Under the pieces are notes generated by a model. It did no database searches. It had not been told where the DNA came from and saw only the letters and a list, made by a program, of their open reading frames with translations. A program made the position numbers and the translations under genes. This document shows, in pieces, positions 16,044 through 25,792 of a stretch of 64,000 nt of DNA. Each line of letters opens with the position of its first letter. The first letter of the stretch is position 1. Origin of the DNA: a virus (Duplodnaviria > Heunggongvirae > Uroviricota > Caudoviricetes); IMG/VR virus record IMGVR_UViG_3300037466_001997, positions 132,142 through 196,141 of that record; one strand, written 5' to 3'.

Positions 16044-16848
16044 AACCTTCTTTTGTTATATCTATACAAAGTTCATAGAGATACCACGACAGAAACCGGT
16101 TTAAATCGTTCGGATTCACCGGCTCAATATCTTCCAACTGGCGAGCGGTCGTGATCTTTGGTAAAATCTCTGAAAACGGAGTGGTATCATAGCTGGCACA
16201 TGACTTACCCCGTACCATGGCGTTGACACTTACGCTGGACCATGAACTGAACACTTTGTCAGCACTGTCTAGTAAATGATCTAGATTGCATTCCTTGTCA
16301 GCAAAAATAACATAGTCAGAATTTTGTATACAAATATCGGTCATCGGGTGTTGCTTGAAAACGGTATAGACTTTCCTTTCCTGTGCATAGTTCATGGCGT
16401 CTACCAGATGTCTATACTCGGCATCTATGTTGTCTTGCATCAGGAACAGGTTGTATTTGTCTGGTAAATCTAAAAATTTACCATTTTGAGAATACTTGGT
16501 TTTGATATTAAATGGTTTGATATCAACTTCTTTCCATAGATGCAGGAATGGATTTACCTTATCGAGGTATTGCAGATTCGGAGTGAACGGATAGAATTCT
16601 GTGTTTGGAGTACCGAACCGCCATGTTAGCGTATGTTCAAAATTCATTGGACAGTGAATTTCTGCAAAACAGCAATTACTAAGGTTGCGTTTTTCGAGAA
16701 TGCTATCGACAAGCTTGGCGATCTTCAACACATTTGGGAACATGTAGTGCATTTGTTGGATGTTGCGAACGCCGTACATCCAATGCAGAGCTAAATTATA
16801 ATTCGACTTTATACATGTATTCGCCATCACTACCCACATTCTCGGCAA
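16003..16848 (-). CDS. KpsS/KpsC-like (capsule biosynthesis) GT-B glycosyltransferase-like protein
   Basis: VFKQHP motif and LL..AD.V...SSV...A...GK; true start may be ~16779. Confidence 0.6.
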   Translation of the reverse strand: MPRMWVVMANTCIKSNYNLALHWMYGVRNIQQMHYMFPNVLKIAKLVDSILEKRNLSNCCFAEIHCPMNFEHTLTWRFGTPNTEFYPFTPNLQYLDKVNPFLHLWKEVDIKPFNIKTKYSQNGKFLDLPDKYNLFLMQDNIDAEYRHLVDAMNYAQERKVYTVFKQHPMTDICIQNSDYVIFADKECNLDHLLDSADKVFSSWSSVSVNAMVRGKSCASYDTTPFSEILPKITTARQLEDIEPVNPNDLNRFLSWYLYELCIDITKEGYEERIEKRVVDFH

Positions 16849-17497
16849 TTAATTCGCCACTGACATGTTTCTTGCGAACGCAAATTACCGGGCATCCTGC
16901 TTTAGTGGCATTGGTGATAGTTTTGTCTAGCCAAGATTCGTCCGGTCTGCAAATGAGGCAGACCGCATCTTTAAATTTGTATGTGAGCGCATCAGCCTTA
17001 GCGACCGGATATTCACATAGCTCTGGCGGGTTGATGTCGATACATGTCACGTCGAAACCGGCATCTGATAATATTTTGCCTGTGTGTCCGTTTCCCGCCC
17101 CACACTCGATGATCTTGCGCCCTTGAAACAGTTCTATCATCTTGTCGATAAAAGTTTGATTGGGTTCGAATAGGTGATTCGGCAGAACGGCTAAAATTTG
17201 GGCGAATTGTTCATCTGTGAGCGTTCTATCAGCGTAGTTCGCTATTATATCAGCTTCATGAGCTTTTTTATACTGATCAACAACCTTTTTTGTCCACTTT
17301 TTGGACGATTTTTCTATTAAATCCTTTATTTCAGGAAAAATATAGTTGTTTTGGGAAGCAGGCACCCATTTATTATCAACCACGTGAACGGGTGGAATTT
17401 CGAACTTCGAAACATTCTCATGCATTCCGAGAGAAACGAAATCAAATTTGAGAATCATGTACGGTTTAACGTACTCTATATTTCGTATTTCAAACAT
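16796..17497 (-). CDS. class I SAM-dependent methyltransferase
   Basis: IIECGAGNG motif I, VTCIDI motif II, ADAL. Confidence 0.75.
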   Translation of the reverse strand: MFEIRNIEYVKPYMILKFDFVSLGMHENVSKFEIPPVHVVDNKWVPASQNNYIFPEIKDLIEKSSKKWTKKVVDQYKKAHEADIIANYADRTLTDEQFAQILAVLPNHLFEPNQTFIDKMIELFQGRKIIECGAGNGHTGKILSDAGFDVTCIDINPPELCEYPVAKADALTYKFKDAVCLICRPDESWLDKTITNATKAGCPVICVRKKHVSGELIAENVGSDGEYMYKVEL

Positions 17498-18372
17498 TAT
17501 GCAGTAACAAATCTCATGCTTTGGACGAAGTTACTGTAAAAGTGGTATGTAGTGGTTGAACCAGCGCCGGTATGACCACCACCGCCGCCGCTTGATGTTG
17601 CGGTGTATCCGGTATCTGTGACAAAGGTTCCCGCAGCATCTATAGATTGCAAAGATATTTGTCTTGAATTACCACCATACGTGCTATTGGTTTCAAGTAT
17701 TCTTGTGTGGGCTGGTCCAGAATGACTAATCGTCGGTATGGTAGAATCAGTTATGTTGATAGCTCCCTTAACAAACACCAAATCATTCTGTAGAACAGAT
17801 AAACTTGTTGTGCTATGTGTTGCAGAGCTTGTGCTTGCTCCACCACCATAGAACGCATTGGAAACACCGCTCCACTGTCCCGGTAGAACATATACCATCT
17901 GGGCATTTGTATCCGCAGTGCTACTTGCTTTGTTGAAAGTTATATTGACGGATGTTAGATTGCTGAACCCAATCGGTACTTGGAATTGAAGCACCTTAAA
18001 TGTTGTACCTAACCCGGTTGTCTTGTTGTACAACAAAGTTTCGTCGGTTGCTGAATAAGCACCGCCGTTCACACTAACAACAGTAGTTCCGGGTGTTTTA
18101 CCTTCGTTCAGAACCAACAATGTTGTCCATCTACTTTGCAAAGTCAAAGCAGCTTGTGGATATGTTAATGTTCCGGCAACAGATGTTGAAGTTGCATATG
18201 TGGAATCGAACCCTTCACTAAAAGGACCAGCGCCAGCGTTTGTTTCGAAACCTTGTGTGATGGAAGTTTTCGATATCATAACATTTCGTTTTGAAATGGT
18301 TTTCAATGCTGATATTACATCAGAAACACCAATCAATGTGACGCTTGGTACGAATATAGGCGAAAAACTCAT
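17497..18372 (-). CDS. putative fibre tip / adhesin
   Basis: Thr/Ser/Gly-rich beta protein with a C-terminal GGGGG loop; directly downstream of the fibre gene. Confidence 0.55.
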   Translation of the reverse strand: MSFSPIFVPSVTLIGVSDVISALKTISKRNVMISKTSITQGFETNAGAGPFSEGFDSTYATSTSVAGTLTYPQAALTLQSRWTTLLVLNEGKTPGTTVVSVNGGAYSATDETLLYNKTTGLGTTFKVLQFQVPIGFSNLTSVNITFNKASSTADTNAQMVYVLPGQWSGVSNAFYGGGASTSSATHSTTSLSVLQNDLVFVKGAINITDSTIPTISHSGPAHTRILETNSTYGGNSRQISLQSIDAAGTFVTDTGYTATSSGGGGGHTGAGSTTTYHFYSNFVQSMRFVTA

Positions 18373-19707
18373 TTATTGCATGGCCTGTATGTGCAGATGC
18401 GTTCCTGTGCCACCTTTGGAAATGTAACACTTAAACTTGTTACCACTTGTTGTGGTAAAAGTATCGCCGGTAACCTTTGTCCAACCGGAAGTGGTGATCG
18501 CACCAGCAGAAGCACCGTTGGTGTATTCAACGATCATGGTCAAAGAACCGGTTGTTGTTGGTGGAGCAAGAGTATGTGCACCATTGTTGGTTACTTCACG
18601 GAAAGAACCGGTCAATGGGCTTGGTGTATATGTGCCAGATGACAAAGTTCCGTCTGAAACAGCGGTCGTTGGATAACCGGCTGTTAGTGTCTTTGTAGCA
18701 TTCGACTTTACTGTGTTTGCATCGTATCCTTGAACTGTCACACCAATCGCTTTTTGCAATTGAAGTGGTGTAATAGCCTTGGCATTGTTCGTTCCACCAA
18801 TTGTGTCTGTATAGACGGCAACTTGGATGACGCCAGATGCAGTGTTTGACGATGCACCAACTGTCAGAGACGGATTGCCAGCAACACCATCGGCATTCGA
18901 GATACCCAGTGGGGCTGAAACGGCAATGGAACGCTGTGCCCATGTGTCTGTAGAGATACGAACCGCAAATCCTGTCGATGCAAGAGCTTCGATAGCAGCC
19001 AAGTCGTTAACCAAGGAAATTGTAGGATTACCGGCTACACCGTCGCCATTGGATATGGTCACACCGGTTGATGGTGCAACGATTGTTCGTTGCGACCATG
19101 TATCTGTCGCCGTTCTCACAGCAAAGCCAGTGGATACGAACGATTCGATTGCGGCCAAGTCATTGGCCAAGGCGAATGTTGGGTTACCGGCTACGCCAGT
19201 GTTGTTGCTGATTGAGATACCAGACGATGGTGCAACAAGCGATCTTTGCGCCCATGTGTCGGCAGCGGTGCGCACTGCAAATCCGGTCGATGCAAGAGCC
19301 TCGATTGCGGCCAAGTCATTGACGAGAGTGATTGTAGGGTCGCCAGAAAGACCATCGCCATTTGTAACAGAAATACCAGTTGTCGGACCACTGATTGTTC
19401 GAACGACCATTGTGTTTGAACTGGTTTTGACAACGATGCCGTTAGAAGACAGAGAAGATACAGCGACAATATTTGGCGATGCCAATGTGCTGTTGATACT
19501 TGAAATCTGTGAATTGATTGTAACAACGTTGGCCGATAGTCTCGTTGTCGTGGTTTTCAGCGTGACAACGTTAGCAGAAATTGGAGGAATAGAATTGTTG
19601 ACAGCATTAATGTCAACAACCATTTTATTGGTATTGTTGGCCCACTGTCTAAAAGTGACAGGTGATGTACTTGAAATATCCAAAATCTGGGAAGTAATGA
19701 CCGGCAT
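18373..19707 (-). CDS. tail/collar fibre protein with four ~52-aa repeats
   Basis: N-terminal coiled coil; repeats NDLAAIEALASTGFAVRT...GVAGNPT; AS....G..Q.A fibre motif. Confidence 0.75.
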   Translation of the reverse strand: MPVITSQILDISSTSPVTFRQWANNTNKMVVDINAVNNSIPPISANVVTLKTTTTRLSANVVTINSQISSINSTLASPNIVAVSSLSSNGIVVKTSSNTMVVRTISGPTTGISVTNGDGLSGDPTITLVNDLAAIEALASTGFAVRTAADTWAQRSLVAPSSGISISNNTGVAGNPTFALANDLAAIESFVSTGFAVRTATDTWSQRTIVAPSTGVTISNGDGVAGNPTISLVNDLAAIEALASTGFAVRISTDTWAQRSIAVSAPLGISNADGVAGNPSLTVGASSNTASGVIQVAVYTDTIGGTNNAKAITPLQLQKAIGVTVQGYDANTVKSNATKTLTAGYPTTAVSDGTLSSGTYTPSPLTGSFREVTNNGAHTLAPPTTTGSLTMIVEYTNGASAGAITTSGWTKVTGDTFTTTSGNKFKCYISKGGTGTHLHIQAMQ

Positions 19708-19708
19708 T

Positions 19709-19915
19709 TTATTCCTTAGTTTCTAATGTATCAACTCTTTCAAGCAACTTTTGAACCAGATTTTCTAAGGCTTCTACTCTTGCTTCCAAAGTGGGAAGCA
19801 ATTGCGCAGCCTTTCTTCTTTTTCTATATGCTTCTAAAGATTTGTTATCTTTATTTATGAGTGCCCCGGTATTCTCTGCACGATAAAGACCGGGGACCGA
19901 TGTTTTTTCATCCAT
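19709..19915 (-). CDS. small coiled-coil protein commonly found after VrlC-like genes in T4-like phages
   Basis: L.R...TGALIN.D...AY...R followed by a coiled coil. Confidence 0.7.
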   Translation of the reverse strand: MDEKTSVPGLYRAENTGALINKDNKSLEAYRKRRKAAQLLPTLEARVEALENLVQKLLERVDTLETKE

Positions 19916-22900
19916 TATAGTTGTAGTGCGATCAATCTAAGGTCTGCTACTCTTGGAACTGTGGCAGAGTCCGATGAAATTAGAACAATCTTGACAGCAA
20001 ATTGTTTGAACCCAGAGAATGCAACACCCTTCGAGTTTGTGTACTGAACAGCGCCGTATAGACCGGTCATGATTGTGGTTGGGAAACCAAATTCGTATTC
20101 AATCCAATCGTTCTGATTTGAAATCGATGAATATACGTTGTCTGATGTTACCAACTGAATCCATGAATGGCTGTCAAACAAATCTGAGTCTTCATTATTT
20201 GCAATCTTCGCATAAACCAGAACATCTGTGTTTGGCGGACGATATGATGTCAAGTATACTTTCAAATCTTCCGCATCTTGGCCTTCTGCCAAGGTAATAG
20301 TCTTACAGATGTATTTGTTCTGCGCTGCGCCACCAGATGCAGCGGTTTCGCCGCTTGTGTTGGCGTTCACGACATTGTGGACAAACACGCCATGTGTTCT
20401 GTTCAAATCGATCACTGGTGACACGTAAGCTGTGCCAGAAACCATAGAGGCCGTTACCTGATTTGAACGTGCACTCGATATCAAATCCACTTCTTTCGAA
20501 CGACCCAGAAGGTTCTTTTCGGAAGTGAAGAAATTGTTATCATCTGGGATCACTGATATAGAAGTGGCATCCAATGAGTTACCATTTGATGTGCCCTTCA
20601 TTGTCCAGCTTAGGGACGTGCTTTGGAACACCAGATAGTTTGGTTCAAAGTCAACAACAGAATATTTGATCGGAATTTTTGAACCGATTGTGCCACGGTC
20701 ACCAGATGCCGAGCCGATAATGACTTCGCCATCTTCCCAATATCCAGTTGTATCACGCAATTCCAGATGGGTAAGCGATGATGTCACATTGCGATAGCTG
20801 TACAATGAACCGGAAGGACGTGTGGCTGTCGAAAGTGTAGCCGTTCCTCTTGTTGTTCCGGTTGAAGTCTTGATCGTCAATGTTTCGCCAGCGGTATAAT
20901 TCATGATGCTGTTAGCTGTCAGGCGATATGTGCCACCAGAGATAGCCACAACTTGACAGTTTGCATGTGAAGTGCTACCAATGATACGGTTACCAACGGC
21001 AACAGCCGCTGTGTTGCTTGTCAGAGTTATTCTGTTCTCACCCTTGACATATTCACCGAACTTATCGAAATCTGATGTCACTGACGACATGATGAATTTT
21101 TCGAATGGCTTGTTGGCAAAATTTGCAGTGCCAGTCGAGTTCGTAGTGAAGTTTGCACGATAGAATGTGATCTTCAAATCGGCGTTTGGAACTGGGGTCC
21201 AGTCCATATTGTTGTTGGTGTCAAACAGAGTACCAGTGTACTTTCTGTTAACAACCTTCTGTCCAGTTGTGATATCTGTTTCGCCAAGCTTCGTAATCCA
21301 GACGTAGGTATCTGGGTTTGTAGCAGTTGGGTGGATAACAACAGCATATTCTGTATTGTTGTACAAGAAGATTGGGCACTGGAAATATATTCTTGTGGCA
21401 ACAGACGCATCATCAGATACGTTGATATCACCTGATTCCAGAGATACAACAGAGTAAGGAACTGTGTTTCTAGTAATGTTACCAGAATTGTCAACTTCAC
21501 GAATTTCGAACCATGCACCATAAGTCGGATTGACCGCTTCGAAGTAAAGATCGAACGATGTTAGGAAGATACCTTCTTCTGTAACCGGAGCATTGATAAA
21601 GAATGTGTATGCCAAGCAGTCACGGTTACCAGTCGAAGAACCATTACCGCCGACGCCGCCTGTTGTTCTGTTAACAACTGGGTTGACAATTGTCACGTTA
21701 CCCTGAACGCCACCAGTCTGCGAAACGTCATCCTGTGAAGTAACTACCTTGTTCGTTGACAAGATCGTGTCTTGCTTCTGTTGAAGCAGACCAGAGGCTG
21801 TGAAATACGCCAAAGCGTATGTTGTTGAATCATCTTCGTTGGTTGGGCTGTCCGAAACACGAATTTTTTTCGTGCCTGTGCGGAAACGCTTACCCGAGTC
21901 TGGGAAGCGTAGCAGACCATAAGCCTTGCCGTCCGAACCGGAAGCCCAGTTCGCACCCTCAACACCGGTAGCTGTGTAGTTGACATCGGCTGGTGTCAGG
22001 TAATCCGACATCAGTTCGTCATCGACATATACCCAAAGACGTGTGTTTGGTTTGATGTCACGGGCCGACAACAGAACAATCTGTGGACGGATGTAAGGGA
22101 TGATCGAAACGTCAACAACCTTGTTGCCAAGATTTTCCGTTGATGAAACAACACTTGAAGTTGTGGTTGTGCCAGAGCGTGTCTGTGAACCGAACTGTTC
22201 GATTTTTGTCGATTGGCCAGTTCTATTGCTTGTTGTCTGTGCGGCTGTCAAAGCAGCGGCTTCTGTGGTATATGTTCCTACCAGAGCGCCAGTGCTGTTG
22301 TTGTAAACTTTATATCCGGTAATCGTTGTCTGCCATGAATCCCATGTTGTTTGCATAGGAGGCACACTTGTTGGTGTTGTTGAACCAACCATTGTGTCTG
22401 GTAGCTGAACGGTATCGACCCACACGTCCGAGTCCGGAGTGAGTTGCAACAAACCGATGAAGCTGTAGACAGCGTTTGTCGAATTTCTCGTGGTTGTAGC
22501 GAAAGGCTGTTGAATAAACGACACTTCCGAGTATGGAAGCGTAATCAGATTATTTGATTGCTGAACGCCAGAACCTGAAAGGTATTGATATCCAACCGAG
22601 TCCATGTCGAACTGTGGACGGATACTCTGTTCTTTCGGATCAACAACGATAGCGTAGTCAGGGTTTGTGATTGCACCCTGCGAATGGTCACGGAATGTAT
22701 CAACAAAGATACCATTCTTGAAACGATCTAGACCGTTAGCATCAAGAATAGAAAGATCAGAAGCTTGCTTTTCAAGCAAGTTCAATTGATTATAGTATTC
22801 AAGATTTGAAATACGTTCGTCCAGAACACCAATATCACGCTTGGTATAGTTTCTAAATGCTGTCTTCTTGACTGTGCAAGCCAAGTCTTGACGATTTGAC

Positions 22901-25749
22901 TGAACAGCATATGCTGGCGACAATGACGGATATGGCGCAATTGTCAAGGTAGCCAATGCCATGGCGTTTGGCGGTGTTGTCGGTGTGATAGGAACTGTAG
23001 CTGGCTGACCTTCTACAATAGAAATATTTCCTGCCGAGTCGATGATCACCAAATCTTTGCGTGACATGTAGTAGGAATAGTCGTATGTCACCTGTGCCGA
23101 TGGGACAGGAAGATGCAAGCCACCGGAAGGTGATGCAAAGCTGTCGGTCTTGGCCGGATTTGCTGATGCGCCCGCAACGGTTGTCGAGCTAGTTGCTGTC
23201 GCCGCTTTTACAGGACGGAAATCGAGGCAATTGCGAAGATCGTAACGAATACCGGTTGTTGGTGAGACATAGACCGGAATTTCCTGTGTTGTGATAGTAG
23301 TATCTGCAATTGTAGTGTCGTCAACTGGATACGAGTCAACGGAGAAGTAGCCCAAACCTTGTGTGAACGAAGGTTCAAAATGGTCAAGGCAAACCAATAG
23401 ATAGTCGCCAGCACCAAGAGGAACTGTCGGTGTGATCGAAGCATGATCATACATGTTGTCACGCTGGCCATTGTCAAACGTAAACGTATCTGTTACGTCT
23501 GTTCCGTCTGTCGAGGCAGTAAATGCCGAGCTTTTCTGGCGAATTGAGCGAATCTGGTAAACATCAGCAAGACCAAGGTTGTATGGTCCGGTTGTGCCAG
23601 AAGTTGCGGCATCGATCTTCACATAGCGTGTTGGGCGAAGAAGCTTCGCCGTTTCACGGGAAGTGGTTTTTGTCAGGCGCAATGTTGCTGTAGCAGCGGT
23701 TGTACCCGACAAAGTTTCCTTCATGTCGAAAGAAGCGCTTGTTGTGGAATTGACAGTGATTGTTCTGTCTGTTCCTGCATCAGCACCCTTGCCTGTAAAA
23801 TCGACAATATCACCGATCTTGTATTGCTTTGTCAGAGTCTGACCAGTCACAGTACCAGCAATAGCCGCTGTGGTTGTTAGAACAGTGTCCGACACAATCG
23901 AAGCGATGAAATATGTGCCTGTTACTGTCGAAATCGAAATTTTATCACCAACGTTCAAGCGAGTGAAGTTGGTTGAAGTACCATTTACAGTGGTATTAGA
24001 ATGTGTTGCAACAGTGCCACCCATTGTCTTGGTAGCAGCGGCATCAAGAGAAATGATAATATTTTCTTTTTCATCATCTGTCAAACCACCAATACCATAT
24101 GGGAATACTTCATCCGAAGCACCCGTATTGATGGTGAATGTTCCACCAGAAGCGATAGAGATTGGGAACGACTTGACGAATGAATAAGATGTATCGACAT
24201 TGCCGCCCGAGTCTCTTACTGTCTTGACAGCACCAGCGCCGATATCATAGATCGAAGCATCTAGAGAAGTTTCCAGCAATACGGCAGTGTTTGAAATAGA
24301 ATCAAGTACAACGTCTGCGCCAAGATCGGCTGTTGAAGCGTTGTTAAGATACAGGCTTCGAACAGAAGAAAATGCACCGTTCGACATTTGAACGTCGAAA
24401 AGATAAATGTTGTATTGTGCCGATGGTGTTCCGGCTACACCCGAATGAAGCTCGATACCACGAACTTTAGCTTTACCGATAGCCGCACCAGTCTGTGCGG
24501 CGGTCGAGAAACCAAGGCTTGTCAAACGTGTCTGTGGCGTATTGTATAGCCAAACAACGCTTGCGCTGTTCATATTCCATGAACCGCAAAGTTCTTTCAC
24601 ACGCAAATAGTTGCCCATGCGTGTGCTGGACACCTGATTGCTGATGTTCTGTGAATCAGTTGCTTTCCGAACGTCTGTGTATTTTGTTACCAGCGTTTCA
24701 ATGTCGTAACCCTTGACATATGCCAAGCCGGGTTCAACACCAGCCACAAGCAGAGAAGTGTTACCAGTTGTTGTGTAAAGACCTTCGTTCGTTCCATTAT
24801 CTTTGTGTTCACGAATACGAACGTTCAACCCCTTGGCATAAAAGTCACCGCAATCTACATCTGTTCTTCTAGCCAATTCGTCACGGATGCTGGAATATTG
24901 TGTACGTTCGTATGTGACTTCCAAAATACCGTCACGAACACGGAACAATTCAACAAAATTTGGTGGACCAGCGGTATCGGTCAAATCTGTCTTTGCCAGA
25001 ACCGCATCAAGTTTCAGGCGATCAGCGCCGGGAGCGGCATAGTTGTATGAGCCTAGAGCCGGATCATTAAGAGTTGTGTCGCCAGTAGCCTGAATGATCG
25101 ATTCGAAAACGTTGAAACCGACACGGCATGATGGCGTATTCGAGTAACGATCAAGGATAAGCTTCTGTGCTTCAAACTTGACAAAATGATCTTTTGAGAA
25201 CACAATACCGGCGTCAATGCTGAACATTGAACCCTTACCGGTCGGTGTTGTGGCATATACAACAGAATTGCCGCCAGTAGAGGTAAGTGTTTCACCAGCC
25301 GAGAATGTATTCGTTACATTGTCAGAACCCGATGAAGTGTACTTAACGAAAAGTGTCTTTGTGTTTGCAGAAGCTTGTAGACCATCTGCTACAGCCACGA
25401 CATAGGCTTTAACGCCAGTTACAGCGCCTGTGACTGTTGTTCCAAGGATGTTGCCGACTGTAACAGCACCACCGATATTGTTCAAGTCGTTGATTTTAAC
25501 GTAGTCAACGTCTGTATCAATGTGAAATTGGCCACCAGAAACCAGAGAACCTTCTTTGAAGATATGTTCTGCAAAACGGTCAATCTGTGTTTGCAGCATT
25601 GTCTGCAATTGGGTAAGTTCACGTGCCTGAACCGCCATTGAAGGCTTGAACAGAATACGATAAAACCCTTTGTCAGGGTCAAAATCGTCATAATATGGAT
25701 TTACATTCAGGTCAGTTTGAATCGTGAAGTTAGTGGTATTTGATGCCAT
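19915..25749 (-). CDS. large baseplate-associated virion protein (VrlC/DUF4815-like)
   Basis: PYYDDFD..K.FYRILFKP...VQARELTQLQT.LQ.Q, APGADRLK, RI.NLEYY..L.LLE, RFKNG..VD.F. Confidence 0.88.
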   Translation of the reverse strand: MASNTTNFTIQTDLNVNPYYDDFDPDKGFYRILFKPSMAVQARELTQLQTMLQTQIDRFAEHIFKEGSLVSGGQFHIDTDVDYVKINDLNNIGGAVTVGNILGTTVTGAVTGVKAYVVAVADGLQASANTKTLFVKYTSSGSDNVTNTFSAGETLTSTGGNSVVYATTPTGKGSMFSIDAGIVFSKDHFVKFEAQKLILDRYSNTPSCRVGFNVFESIIQATGDTTLNDPALGSYNYAAPGADRLKLDAVLAKTDLTDTAGPPNFVELFRVRDGILEVTYERTQYSSIRDELARRTDVDCGDFYAKGLNVRIREHKDNGTNEGLYTTTGNTSLLVAGVEPGLAYVKGYDIETLVTKYTDVRKATDSQNISNQVSSTRMGNYLRVKELCGSWNMNSASVVWLYNTPQTRLTSLGFSTAAQTGAAIGKAKVRGIELHSGVAGTPSAQYNIYLFDVQMSNGAFSSVRSLYLNNASTADLGADVVLDSISNTAVLLETSLDASIYDIGAGAVKTVRDSGGNVDTSYSFVKSFPISIASGGTFTINTGASDEVFPYGIGGLTDDEKENIIISLDAAATKTMGGTVATHSNTTVNGTSTNFTRLNVGDKISISTVTGTYFIASIVSDTVLTTTAAIAGTVTGQTLTKQYKIGDIVDFTGKGADAGTDRTITVNSTTSASFDMKETLSGTTAATATLRLTKTTSRETAKLLRPTRYVKIDAATSGTTGPYNLGLADVYQIRSIRQKSSAFTASTDGTDVTDTFTFDNGQRDNMYDHASITPTVPLGAGDYLLVCLDHFEPSFTQGLGYFSVDSYPVDDTTIADTTITTQEIPVYVSPTTGIRYDLRNCLDFRPVKAATATSSTTVAGASANPAKTDSFASPSGGLHLPVPSAQVTYDYSYYMSRKDLVIIDSAGNISIVEGQPATVPITPTTPPNAMALATLTIAPYPSLSPAYAVQSNRQDLACTVKKTAFRNYTKRDIGVLDERISNLEYYNQLNLLEKQASDLSILDANGLDRFKNGIFVDTFRDHSQGAITNPDYAIVVDPKEQSIRPQFDMDSVGYQYLSGSGVQQSNNLITLPYSEVSFIQQPFATTTRNSTNAVYSFIGLLQLTPDSDVWVDTVQLPDTMVGSTTPTSVPPMQTTWDSWQTTITGYKVYNNSTGALVGTYTTEAAALTAAQTTSNRTGQSTKIEQFGSQTRSGTTTTSSVVSSTENLGNKVVDVSIIPYIRPQIVLLSARDIKPNTRLWVYVDDELMSDYLTPADVNYTATGVEGANWASGSDGKAYGLLRFPDSGKRFRTGTKKIRVSDSPTNEDDSTTYALAYFTASGLLQQKQDTILSTNKVVTSQDDVSQTGGVQGNVTIVNPVVNRTTGGVGGNGSSTGNRDCLAYTFFINAPVTEEGIFLTSFDLYFEAVNPTYGAWFEIREVDNSGNITRNTVPYSVVSLESGDINVSDDASVATRIYFQCPIFLYNNTEYAVVIHPTATNPDTYVWITKLGETDITTGQKVVNRKYTGTLFDTNNNMDWTPVPNADLKITFYRANFTTNSTGTANFANKPFEKFIMSSVTSDFDKFGEYVKGENRITLTSNTAAVAVGNRIIGSTSHANCQVVAISGGTYRLTANSIMNYTAGETLTIKTSTGTTRGTATLSTATRPSGSLYSYRNVTSSLTHLELRDTTGYWEDGEVIIGSASGDRGTIGSKIPIKYSVVDFEPNYLVFQSTSLSWTMKGTSNGNSLDATSISVIPDDNNFFTSEKNLLGRSKEVDLISSARSNQVTASMVSGTAYVSPVIDLNRTHGVFVHNVVNANTSGETAASGGAAQNKYICKTITLAEGQDAEDLKVYLTSYRPPNTDVLVYAKIANNEDSDLFDSHSWIQLVTSDNVYSSISNQNDWIEYEFGFPTTIMTGLYGAVQYTNSKGVAFSGFKQFAVKIVLISSDSATVPRVADLRLIALQL

Positions 25750-25777
25750 TATTTTTCTTTGATTGAAGAACGTCTTG

Positions 25778-25785
25778 TATTTATA
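25778..25785 (-). promoter_or_regulatory. T4 late promoter
   Basis: TATAAATA on the - strand. Confidence 0.8.
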
Positions 25786-25792
25786 AGGAAAA

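Noticed and set aside
6473-19707. Diversity-generating retroelement acting on fibre genes
   Set aside because: No reverse transcriptase, and no TR/VR pair with adenine-specific differences seen.
18827-19726. 299-aa + strand ORF
   Set aside because: Antisense shadow of the fibre gene.
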